Positions 15,001-27,509 of a stretch of DNA of 64,000 nt are shown here, piece by piece; positions within the stretch are counted from its first letter, which is position 1; the number at the start of each line of letters is the position of its first letter. The translations under genes were made by a program, and so were the position numbers. This stretch comes from Eledone cirrhosa (taxonomy: Eukaryota), in assembly GCA_964016885.1 (NCBI GenBank), contig OZ024743.1, positions 2,108,001 to 2,172,000 of the forward strand, in the 5' to 3' direction. The notes beneath the pieces were generated by a model. It was not told where the DNA came from. It was given only the letters and a program-made list of their open reading frames with translations, and made no database searches.

Positions 15001-18000
15001 TATCCGTCAGTCCATCTGTCCACTCCACCATCCGTCAGTCCATCTGTCCACTCTACCATCCGTCACTCCATCTGTCCACTCCACCATCCGTCAGTCCATC
15101 TGTCCACACCACCATCCGTCACTCCATCTGTCCACTCCACCATCCGTCACTCCATCTGCCCACTCCACCATCCGTCAATCCATCTGCCCACTCCACCATT
15201 CATCACTCCATCTGTCCACTCCACCATCCGTCACTCCATATGTCCACTCCACCATCCGTCACTCCATCTGTCCGCTCCACCATCCGTCACTCCATCTGTC
15301 CACTCCACCATCCGTCACTTTATCTGTCCATTCCACCATCCGTCAATCCATCTGCCCACTCCACCATTCATCACTCCATCTGTCCACTCCCCCATCCATC
15401 AGTCTATCTGTCCATTCCACCATCCGTCAATCCATCTGCCCACTCCACCATCCGTCACTCCATCTGTCCACTCCACCATCCGTCAGTTCATCTGTCCACT
15501 CCACCATCCGTCAGTCCATCTGTCCACTCCACCATTCTTCACTCCATCTGTCCACTCCACCATCCATCAGTCCATCTGTCCATTCCACCATCCGTCACTC
15601 CATCTGTCCACTCCACCATCCGTCACTCCATCTGCCCACTCCAGCATTCATCACTCCATCTGTCCACTCCACCATCCATCAGTCCATCTGTCCACTCCAC
15701 CATCCGTCATTCCATCTGTCCACACCACCATCCTTCAGTCCATCTGTCCACTCCACCATCCGTCATTCCATCTGTCCACACCACCATCCGTCAGTCCATC
15801 TGTCCACTCCACCATCCGTCAGTCCATCTGTCCACTCCACCATTCGTCAGTCCATCTGTCCACTCCACCATCCGTCAGTCCATCTGTCCACTCCACCATT
15901 CGTCAGTCCATCTGTCCACTCCACCATCCGTCACTCCATCTGCCCACTCCACCATCCGTCAGTTCATCTGTCCACCCCACTTTCCGTCAGTCCATCTGTC
16001 CACTCCACCATCCGTCAATCCATCTGTCCACTCCACCATCCGTCATTCCATCTGTCCACTCTACCATCCATCAGTCCATCTGTCCACTCCACCATCCGTC
16101 ATTCCATCTGTCCACTCCACCATCCATCAGTCCATCTGTCCACTCCACCATCCGTCAGTTCATCTGTCGACTCAACCATCCGTCATTCCATCTGTCCACT
16201 CCACCATCCGTCATTCCATCTGTCCACTCAACCATCCGTCATTCCATCTTTCCACTCCACCATCCGTCCGTCCATCTGTCCACTCCACCATCCGTCAGTC
16301 CATCTTTCCACTCCACCATCCGTCCGTCCATCTGTCCACTCCACCATCCGTCAGTCCATCTCTCCACTCCACCATCCGTCAGTTTATCTGTCCACTCCAC
16401 CATCCGTCACTCCATCTGTCCACTCCACCATCCACCAGTCCATCTGTCCACTCCACCATCCGTCACTTCATCTGTCCATTCCACCATCCGTCACTCCATC
16501 TGTCCACTCCACCATCCGTCACTCCATCTGCCCACTCCAGCATTCATCACTCCATCTGTCCACTCCACCATCCATCAGTCCATCTGTCCACTCCACCATC
16601 CGTCAGTCCAACTGTCCACTCTACCATCCATCAGTCCATCTATCCACTCTACCATCCGTCATTCCATCTGTACACTCCACCATCCGTCATTCCATCTGTC
16701 CACTCCACCATCCGTCATTCCATCTGTCCACTCCACCACCCGTCACTCCATCTGTCCACTCCACCATTCATCATTCCATCTGTCCATTTAACCATTCATC
16801 ACTCCATCTGTCCACTCCACCATCCGTCAGTCCATCTGTCCACTCCACCATCCGTCACTCCATCTGTCCACTCCACCATCCGTCAGTCCATCTGTCCACT
16901 CTACCATCCATCAGTCCATCTGTCCACTCTACCATCCGTCAGTCCATCTGTCCATTCCACCATCCGTCACTCCATCTGTCCACTCCACCATCCGTCACTC
17001 CATCTGCCCACTCCAGCATTCATCACTCCATCTGTCCACTCCACCATCCGTCACTCCATCTGTCCATTCCACCATCCGTCACTCCATCTGTCCACTCCAC
17101 CATCCACTAGTCCATCTGTCCACTCCACCATCCATCAGTCCATCTGTCCAATCTACCATCCGTCATTCCATCTGTCCACTCCACCATCCGTCATTCCATC
17201 TTTCCACTCCACCATACGTCACTCCATCTGTCCACTCCACCATCCGTCACTCCATCTGTCCACTCCACCATCCGTCACTCCATCTGTCCACTCCACCATC
17301 CGTCAGTCCATCTGTCCACTCCACCATCCGTCACTTTATCTGTCCATTCCACCATCCGTTACTCCATCTGTCCACTCCACCATCCGTCACTCCATCTGCC
17401 CACTCCAGCATTCATCACTCCATCTGTCCACTCCACCATCCATCAGTCCATCTGTCCACTCCACCATCCGTCACTCCATCTGTCCACTCTACCATCCATC
17501 AGTCCATCTGTCCACTCTACTATCCGTCATTCCATCTGTCCACTCCACAATCCGTCAGTCCAATTGTCCACTCCACCATCCGTCAGTCCATCTGTCCACT
17601 CCACCATCCATCACTCCATCTGTCCATTCAACCATTCATCACTCCATCTGTCCACTCCACCATCCGTCAGTGCATCTGTCCACTCCACCATCCGTCACTC
17701 CATCTGTCCACTCCACCATCCGTCACTCCATCTGTCCATTCCACCATCCGTCACTCCATCTGTCCACTCCACCATCCACCAGTCCATCTGTCCACTCCAC
17801 CATCCGTCACTTCATCTGTCCATTCCACCATCCGTCACTCCATCTGTCCACTCCACCATCCGTCACTCCATCTGCCCACTCCAGCATTCATCACTCCATC
17901 TGTCCACTCCACCATCCATCAGTCCATCTGTCCACTCCACCATCCGTCAGTCCAACTGTCCACTCTACCATCCATCAGTCCATCTATCCACTCTACCATC

Positions 18001-21000
18001 CGTCATTCCATCTGTACACTCCACCATCCGTCATTCCATCTGTCCACTCCACCATCCGTCATTCCATCTGTCCACTCCACCACCCGTCACTCCATCTGTC
18101 CACTCCACCATTCATCATTCCATCTGTCCATTTAACCATTCATCACTCCATCTGTCCACTCCACCATCCGTCAGTCCATCTGCCCACTCCACCATCCGTC
18201 ACTCCATCTGTCCACTCCACCATCCGTCAGTCCATCTGTCCACTCTACCATCCATCAGTCCATCTGTCCACTCTACCATCCGTCAGTCCATCTGTCCATT
18301 CCACCATCCGTCACTCCATCTGTCCACTCCACCATCCGTCACTCCATCTGCCCACTCCAGCATTCATCACTCCATCTGTCCACTCCACCATCCGTCACTC
18401 CATCTGTCCATTCCACCATCCGTCACTCCATCTGTCCACTCCACCATCCACTAGTCCATCTGTCCACTCCACCATCCGTCATTCCATCTGTCCACTCCAC
18501 CATACGTCACTCCATCTGTCCACTCCACCATCCGTCACTCCATCTGTCCACTCCACCATCCGTCACTCCATCTGTCCACTCCACCATCCGTCAGTCCATC
18601 TGTCCACTCCACCATCCGTCACTTTATCTGTCCATTCCACCATCCGTTACTCCATCTGTCCACTCCACCATCCGTCACTCCATCTGCCCACTCCAGCATT
18701 CATCACTCCATCTGTCCACTCCACCATCCATCAGTCCATCTGTCCACTCCACCATCGGTCACTCCATCTGTCCACTCTACCATCCATCAGTCCATCTGTC
18801 CACTCTACTATCCGTCATTCCATCTCTCCACTCCACAATCCGTCAGTCCATCTGTCCACTCCACCATCCGTCAGTCCATCTGTCCACTCCACCATCCATC
18901 ACTCCATCTGTCCATTCAACCATTCATCACTCCATCTGTCCACTCCACCATCCGTCAGTGCATCTGTCCACTCCACCATCCGTCACTCCATCTGTCCACT
19001 CCACCATCCGTCACTCCATCTGTCCACTCCACCATCCGTCAATCCATCTGCCCACTCCACCATTCATTACTCCATCTGTCCACTCCACCATTCATCACTC
19101 CATCTGTCCACTCCACCATCCGTCTGTCCACTCCACCATCCGTCAGTTCATCTGTCCACAACACCATCCGTCAGTCCATCTGTCCACTCCACCATTCATC
19201 ACTCCATCTGTCCACTCCACCATCCGTCACTTCATCTGTCCACTCCACCATCCGTCACTCCATCTGTCCGCTCCACCAACCGTCAGTTTATCTGTCCACT
19301 CCACCATCCGTCACTCCATCTGTCCACTCCATCATCCACCAGTCTATCTGTCCACTCCACCATCCGTCACTTCATCTCTCCATTCCACCATCCGTCACAC
19401 CATCTGTCCACTCCACCATCCGTCACTCCATCTGCCCACTCCACCATCCATCACTCCATCTGCCCACTCCACCATCCATCAGTCCATCTGTCCACTCCAC
19501 CATCCGTCAGTCCGTCTGTCCACTCTACCATCCACCAGTCCATCTCTCCACTCCACCATCCGTCAGTCCATCTATCCACTCCACCATACGTCACTCCATC
19601 TTTCCATTCCACCATCCGTCAGTCCATCTGTCCACTCTACCATCCATCAGTCCATCTGTCCACTATACCATCCGTCACTCCATCTGTTCACTCTACCATC
19701 CATCCGTCCATCTGTCCACTCTACCATCCGTCATTCCATCTGTCCACTCCACCATCCGTCATTCCATCTGTCCACTCCACCATCCGTCACTCCATCTGTC
19801 CACTCCACCATTCATCATTCCATCTGTCCATTTAACCATTCATCACTCCATCTCTCCACTCCACCATCCGTCAGTCCATCTGTCCACTCCACCATCCGTC
19901 ACTCCATCTGTCCACTCCACGATCCGTCAGTCCATCTGTCCACTCCACCATCCGTCACTCCATCTGTCCACTCCACCATCCGTCAGTCCATCTGTCCACT
20001 CTACCATCCATCAGTCCATCTGTCCACTCTACCATCCGTCAGTCCATCTGTCCATTCCACCATCCGTCACTCCATCTGTCCACTCCACCATCCGTCACTC
20101 CATCTGCCCACTCCAGCATTCATCACTCCATCTGTCCACTCCACCATCCGTCACTCCATCTGTCCACTCCACCATCCGTCAGTCCATCTGTCCATTTCAC
20201 CATCCGTCAGTCCATCTGTCCACTCCACCATCCGTCAGTCCATCTGTCCACTCCACCATCCGTCAGTCCATCTGTCCACTCCACCATCCGTCAGTCCATC
20301 TGTCCACTCTACCATCCGTCAGTCCATCTGTCCACTCCACCATCCGTCAGTCCATCTGTCCACACCACCATCCGTCACTCCATCTGTCCACTCCACCATC
20401 CGTCACTCCATCTGCCCACTCCACCATCCGTCAATCCATCTGCCCACTCCACCATTCATCACTCCATCTGTCCACACCACCATCCGTCACTCCATATGTC
20501 CACTCCACCATCCGTCACTCCATCTGTCCGCTCCACCATTCGTCACTCCATCTGTCCACTCCACCATCCGTCACTTTATCTGTCCATTCCACCATCCGTC
20601 AATCCATCTGCCCACTCCACCATTCATCACTCCACCTGTCCACTCCCCCATCCATCAGTCTATCTGTCCATTCCACCATCCGTCAATCCATCTGCCCACT
20701 CCACCATCCGTCACTCCATCTGTCCACTCCACCATCCGTCAGTTCATCTGTCCACTCCACCATCCGTCAGTCCATCTGTCCACTCCACCATTCTTCACTC
20801 CATCTGTCCACTCCACCATCCATCAGTCCATCTGTCCATTCCACCATCCGTCACTCCATCTGTCCACTCCACCATCCGTCACTCCATCTGCCCACTCCAG
20901 CATTCATCACTCCATCTGTCCACTCCACCATCCATCAGTCCATCTGTCCACTCCACCATCCGTCATTCCATCTGTCCACACCACCATCCTTCAGTCCATC

Positions 21001-24000
21001 TGTCCACTCCACCATCCGTCATTCCATCTGTCCACACCACCATCCGTCAGTCCATCTGTCCACTCCACCATCCGTCAGTCCATCTGTCCACTCCACCATT
21101 CGTCAGTCCATCTGTCCACTCCACCATCCGTCAGTCCATCTGTCCACTCCACCATTCGTCAGTCCATCTGTCCACTCCACCATCCTTCACTCCATCTGCC
21201 CACTCCACCATCCGTCAGTTCATCTGTCCACCCCACTTTCCGTCAGTCCATCTGTCCACTCCACCATCCGTCAATCCATCTGTCCACTCCACCATCCGTC
21301 ATTCCATCTGTCCACTCTACCATCCATCAGTCCATCTGTCCACTCCACCATCCGTCATTCCATCTGTCCACTCCACCATCCATCAGTCCATCTGTCCACT
21401 CCACCATCCGTCAGTTCATCTGTCGACTCAACCATCCGTCATTCCATCTGTCCACTCCACCATCCGTCATTCCATCTGTCCACTCAACCATCCGTCATTC
21501 CATCTTTCCACTCCACCATCCGTCCGTCCATCTGTCCACTCCACCATCCGTCAGTCCATCTGTCCACTCCACCATCCGTCAGTCCATCTGTCCACTCCAC
21601 CATCCGTCAGTTCATCTGTCCACTCCACCATCCGTCACTCCATCTGTCCACTCCACCATCCGTCATTCCATCTGTCCACTTCACCATCCGTCCGTCCATC
21701 TTTCCACTCCACCATCCGTCCGTCCATCTGTCCACTCCACCATCCGTCAGTCCATCTGTCCACTCCACCATCCGTCATTCCATCTGTCCACTCCACCATC
21801 CGTCAGTCCATCTGTCCACTCCACCATTCGTCAGTCCATCTGTCCACTCCACCATCCTCAGTCCATCTGTCCATTCCACCAACCGTTCGTCCATCTGTCA
21901 ACTCCACCATCCGTCAGTCCATCTGTCCACTCCACCATCCGTCACTCCATCTTTCCACTCCACGATCCGTCAGTCCATCTGTCCACTCCACCATCCGTCA
22001 CTCCATCTGTCCACTCCACCATCCGTCAGTCCATCTGTCCACTCTACCATCCATCAGTCCATCTGTCCACTCTACCATCCGTCAGTCCATCTGTCCATTC
22101 CACCATCCGTCACTCCATCTGTCCACTCCACCATCCGTCACTCCATCTGCCCACTCCAGCATTCATCACTCCATCTGTCCACTCCACCATCCGTCACTCC
22201 ATCTGTCCACTCCACCATCCGTCAGTCCATCTGTCCATTCCACCATCCGTCAGTCCATCTGTCCACTCCACCATCCGTCAGTCCATCTGTCCACTCCACC
22301 ATCCGTCAGTCCATCTGTCCACTCCACCATCCGTCAGTCCATCTGTCCACTCTACCATCCGTCAGTCCATCTTTCCACTCCACCATCCGTCAGTCCATCT
22401 GTCCACACCACCATCCGTCACTCCATCTGTCCACTCCACCATCCGTCACTCCATCTGCCCACTCCACCATCCGTCAATCCATCTGCCCACTCCACCATTC
22501 ATCACTCCATCTGTCCACTCCACCATCCGTCACTCCATATGTCCACTCCACCATCCGTCACTCCATCTGTCCGCTCCACCATCCGTCACTCCATCTGTCC
22601 ACTCCACCATCCGTCACTTTATCTGTCCATTCCACCATCCGTCAATCCATCTGCCCACTCCACCATTCATCACTCCACCTGTCCACTCCCCCATCCATCA
22701 GTCTATCTGTCCATTCCACCATCCGTCAATCCATCTGCCCACTCCACCATCCGTCACTCCATCTGTCCACTCCACCATCCGTCAGTTCATCTGTCCACTC
22801 CACCATCCGTCAGTCCATCTGTCCACTCCACCATTCTTCACTCCATCTGTCCACTCCACCATCCATCAGTCCATCTGTCCATTCCACCATCCGTCACTCC
22901 ATCTGTCCACTCCACCATCCGTCACTCCATCTGCCCACTCCAGCATTCATCACTCCATCTGTCCACTCCACCATCCATCAGTCCATCTGTCCACTCCACC
23001 ATCCGTCATTCCATCTGTCCACACCACCATCCTTCAGTCCATCTGTCCACTCCACCATCCGTCATTCCATCTGTCCACACCACCATCCGTCAGTCCATCT
23101 GTCCACTCCACCATCCGTCAGTCCATCTGTCCACTCCACCATTCGTCAGTCCATCTGTCCACTCCACCATCCGTCAGTCCATCTGTCCACTCCACCATTC
23201 GTCAGTCCATCTGTCCACTCCACCATCCGTCACTCCATCTGCCCACTCCACCATCCGTCAGTTCATCTGTCCACCCCACTTTCCGTCAGTCCATCTGTCC
23301 ACTCCACCATCCGTCAATCCATCTGTCCACTCCACCATCCGTCATTCCATCTGTCCACTCTACCATCCATCAGTCCATCTGTCCACTCCACCATCCGTCA
23401 TTCCATCTGTCCACTCCACCATCCATCAGTCCATCTGTCCACTCCACCATCCGTCAGTTCATCTGTCGACTCAACCATCCGTCATTCCATCTGTCCACTC
23501 CACCATCCGTCATTCCATCTGTCCACTCAACCATCCGTCATTCCATCTTTCCACTCCACCATCCGTCCGTCCATCTGTCCACTCCACCATCCGTCAGTCC
23601 ATCTGTCCACTCCACCATCCGTCAGTCCATCTGTCCACTCCACCATCCGTCAGTTCATCTGTCCACTCCACCATCCGTCACTCCATCTGTCCACTCCACC
23701 ATCCGTCATTCCATCTGTCCACTTCACCATCCGTCCGTCCATCTTTCCACTCCACCATCCGTCCGTCCATCTGTCCACTCCACCATCCGTCAGTCCATCT
23801 GTCCACTCCACCATCCGTCATTCCATCTGTCCACTCCACCATCCGTCAGTCCATCTGTCCACTCCACCATTCGTCAGTCCATCTGTCCACTCCACCATCC
23901 TCAGTCCATCTGTCCATTCCACCAACCGTTCGTCCATCTGTCAACTCCACCATCCGTCAGTCCATCTGTCCACTCCACCAACCGTCCGTCCATCTGTCAA

Positions 24001-24065
24001 CTCCACCATCCGTCAGTCCATGTGTCCACTCCACCAACTGTCCGTCCATCTGTCAACACACCCAT
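1..24065. repeat. 28-bp tandem satellite/minisatellite, consensus CCACTCCACCATCCGTCACTCCATCTGT, with higher-order duplications; open at the left window edge
   Basis: Unit read directly and repeated roughly 860 times with point variants (CAGT/CACT/CATT, TTCATC) and rare 20-bp and 27-bp units. It degenerates into unique sequence at about 24,060. Confidence 0.98.
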
Positions 24066-24257
24066 TTATCTTCACATGAAACCAAAAGCAAACTAATGAC
24101 AGAACTCATTTCTGAAAGATAAATGTTTGTCTGAATCGACGTTAAAAATACTGCACTTGATTCAGCACAATTCTGTCTTTTCAAAACATCGACAAATTTC
24201 TATTTGCAGGCAATGGTAATATATAATTTCTTTTATTTAAGACATCATGAAGACAAG

Positions 24258-24420
24258 GGGGTGAATTGACAGAGTCGCTAGTACGTTGGATAGAATGTTT
24301 TATGTTATTCGTTCTCTGATGTTATTCGAACTCTCTGAGTTCAAATGTCCCCGAGGTCAACTTTGCCTTTCATCCTTTCGAGGTCGATAACAAAAAGTAC
24401 CAATCTAGTACTGGGGTCAA
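24258..24420 (+). mobile_element. tRNA-derived SINE, family S1 (central CTTTGCCTTTCATCCTTTCGRGGTCGATAAA...AGTACC domain)
   Basis: B-box-like GAGTTCAAAT followed by a conserved block that recurs at about 24.85k, 33.75k, 34.84k, 45.28k and 56.9k. Confidence 0.8.
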
Positions 24421-24526
24421 TTCATCCTCTATATCTCTTTATCGTTCCCTCTCTTTACTTTCTTATCTTTCCTTGAAAGAAATCTGCTGTATAAGTATAA
24501 CTCATTTTTTTTCCAGCTCAGTAAAA

Positions 24527-24594
24527 TGGAGCCGCCGAGAATCGAACTCGTGTCCTTACGATTGTGAGTCGAACACCTTAACCACTGAGCTTCA
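24527..24594 (-). pseudogene. tRNA-like pseudogene or SINE head
   Basis: Reverse complement reads AGCTCAGTGGTTAAGG (A box), TTCGA-CTCACAA-TCGTA (anticodon-like arm, CAC), GAGTTCGATTCTC (B box/T arm), GGCTCCA. The acceptor stem does not pair. Confidence 0.6.
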
Positions 24595-24744
24595 GAATAA
24601 ATGCTGGAAATTCACTTTTTTAACTTATTTGAATTAAAAACTTAGATCACTTTTCTTCTCAAACCGATTTCATTAAATTCTTTTTCATGTTTTAATTATC
24701 TAATATGCATAGAGTGGTGTCTTGGAATAACCGTCAGGGAGATT

Positions 24745-24975
24745 TTACGTTCTGAGTTCAATTCCCGCCAAGGTCAAATTTAGTGAGGTGAGGTGACTGT
24801 TAAGGAGTTGAAGAAAATGTTTTGTAGTATTTGTTCAAATCTAGCCGAGGTCAAATTTGCAATTCATTCTTCCGATGTTGATAAAATAAAGTACCAGTTA
24901 AATATTGGTTGATATTATCGACTTGCCCCTATACTCTCTCCCAAATAGCTCGCCCTGTGCTCAAATTAGAAACCA
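24745..24975 (+). mobile_element. SINE S1 copy, degenerate with partial internal duplication
   Basis: GTTCTGAGTTCAATTCCCGCCAAGGTCAA and GTTCAAATCTAGCCGAGGTCAAATTTGC...GATAAAATAAAGTACCAG. Confidence 0.65.
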
Positions 24976-25254
24976 TTATACTATTATCAAATAGACCTCC
25001 CTAATACACACGCAAGATTAGTGGAGAGCGGTTATTACATCGATCCCAATATTTTTTACAATTATATATTTCCTCGAACCCAGAAGGATAACAGTTATAG
25101 TTTACCATGGTGTAATTTGAACTCATAACGTACAGGAATAAATCTAAATACCGCAAGACATTTTGTTTGTCCGTTCTACCGATTCTGCCATCTTTCTTTC
25201 TTTTTTTTCGAATAAACATTTCTTGCATTGGTACTCAGTTGGGTGTGGACTGAT

Positions 25255-25410
25255 AGTCAAGTATTTTGACCCCAGGGATTTTAGCTGGAACATGTTTCAT
25301 CGATCTCGGATAATGAAAGGCTAAGGGGACATGGGCGTGATTTGAAATCAGAACATAAAGAAGGGTAAGTAAATAACGTAAAGTATTTTATTCTCCACTT
25401 TAGCGAATCT
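25255..25410 (-). mobile_element. SINE S1 copy, degenerate, reverse strand
   Basis: TTGACCCCAG...TCATCGATCTCGGATAATGAAAGGC...GATTTGAAATCAGAAC is the reverse complement of the S1 core. Confidence 0.55.
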
Positions 25411-25434
25411 ACAAATCTATCGAGTATATATATA

Positions 25435-25571
<137 letters not shown>

Positions 25572-25676
25572 GTTTAAATAGCTTGACAAATCGAACATTG
25601 TGGTAGGCAAAATCTAACACACAAGTAGGCCGAATTTGCTTGCAAACCGCCAGAGATTCGATTTTACTAAATTTCC

Positions 25677-25712
<36 letters not shown>

Positions 25713-26382
25713 CAGCATGGATTCAGTTTAAAACTGGTTAGACCACTATTACTCACCAGAGTACTCGATACTTGGGGTAGTAGAGTATGGTTATATTATA
25801 AAGAGTTGGGACCGCGACGGCTGAGCTCTTGCCATTGCAATAGTTAGTTCCTGACTCTAATATATATACATGTATGTGTGTTTGTGTGTGTGAGAGAGAG
25901 AGAGAGTGTGTGTGTGTGTGTGTGTGCATTATTTCAAGTAATCAGTGTTGGTTGATCAAGCAATCGCCCGACTTTGGTGTAATCAGATGAAAGCACACCA
26001 TGATGTGGCAACCATAATGATATCAAACAGAATTACCATAATGATATCAAACGGTATGTCAATGTTATAAAAAAGATGAAAAAGGTTATCACGCATACAT
26101 TTTCATTTTATTACATCAACCTCTTATGCACATTTCAAAGACATCAAATTTGTCGTGTAACAATTATATGATGTGTTGTCATCAGACAGGTATTTAGAAG
26201 TAATATTATTTTATTTCTGTTTTTGATATGCTCGCCATAGTTTGGAACTGGATGACGATAAGTTCAGCTATGTGATCACTTATAGCCGAACTGCACAACA
26301 TCGAGTTCCCTACTATGGCGAGCATATCAAAAACAATATAACGTTACATCTAAATAAAGATATAAATGTATGTATGTATGTG

Positions 26383-26463
<81 letters not shown>

Positions 26464-26557
26464 ATATGTATATGTATATATAGGTTTATCCCGGGTTCAA
26501 TCAGGGGGGGGGGGGGTAACCACAGTAAGTAAGGTACTCAATACATAGCAGAGTATA

Positions 26558-26668
26558 AATATTTAATATAGAGATGGCTTCTACAGGAGTAGAACTATTT
26601 CATTCGGGAGAAATCGATTTCTCCCGAATGAAACAGTTCTAGTCCTGTAGAAGTAATTTCTATATTAA

Positions 26669-26673
<5 letters not shown>
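26558..26673. repeat. Near-perfect ~116-bp palindrome next to (TA)/(TG)n
   Basis: Centre AAATC|GATTT at 26615/26616. Arms TTCTACAGGAGTAGAACTATTTCATTCGGGAG and CTCCCGAATGAAACAGTTCTAGTCCTGTAGAA. Confidence 0.9.
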
Positions 26674-26733
<60 letters not shown>

Positions 26734-26740
26734 TATGTGT

Positions 26741-26860
26741 GACTGAGTGGTTAGAGAATTGGATTCGCAATCGTGAGGTTGTGAGTTCGATTCCCGGACC
26801 GGGTGATGCGTTATGTAATTGCTTGAGCAAGACTCATTTCACGTTGCTTCTTCTCCATGG
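26741..26860 (+). mobile_element. tRNA-derived SINE 5' part (second family)
   Basis: A box GAGTGGTTAG and B box GAGTTCGATTCCC, followed by CTTGAGCAAGAC...TTTCACGTTGCT (CORE/V-domain-like). Confidence 0.65.
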
Positions 26861-27380
26861 AGTTGCGACCGGTCGATAATATTAACAATTGGAAAGACCA
26901 ACGGAAACATTGTTTCCTCGGTCCGATCGACCGTCGATATATATATATATGTGTGTGTGTGCGAATGTGTGCGTATTACAGGTTGTGTTGTCGGTTCAGG
27001 CTATTATAAAACAAGTTGTGTAAGGTAGTAGTACAAAACACAATGTTAGCCAATCAAACAATTCTACCAATCAACTGTCCTTTCTTTCCCTTCCAATTCG
27101 AAAATATCAATGTTTCCAATAGTTTTATCTTCCTGCTCTCACTTTTCAATCAATCTCTTTATTTCATTATTGTTTTATAGGAAAATATATTCTTCCTTAT
27201 TTAAGCAGCTTAATTGACAGTCTAAACACTGGCAGTACGGATTTAATATTATATTATATTATATTATATTGTTCTGTTATATTATAGATGTATGTAAATA
27301 TGTATGTATACGTGTACGTATGTCGTGTATATGTATGTATGTATGTATTCATGTATATATATATATATATATATAAATAT

Positions 27381-27428
<48 letters not shown>

Positions 27429-27436
27429 ATATGAAA

Positions 27437-27509
<73 letters not shown>

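Noticed and set aside
1-24065. CRISPR array (28-bp repeats)
   Set aside because: Repeats are head-to-tail with no spacers, there are no cas genes, and the context is eukaryotic.
1773-24122. Giant 200-2919-aa ORFs as mucin-like or His-rich genes
   Set aside because: They arise from a stop-free 28-bp unit. The period is not a multiple of 3, all frames give the same peptide, indel units switch frames, and there is no signal peptide or unique domain.
24527-24594. Functional tRNA-Val(CAC)
   Set aside because: The acceptor stem cannot pair and the anticodon stem has a mismatch, so it was treated as a pseudogene or SINE head.
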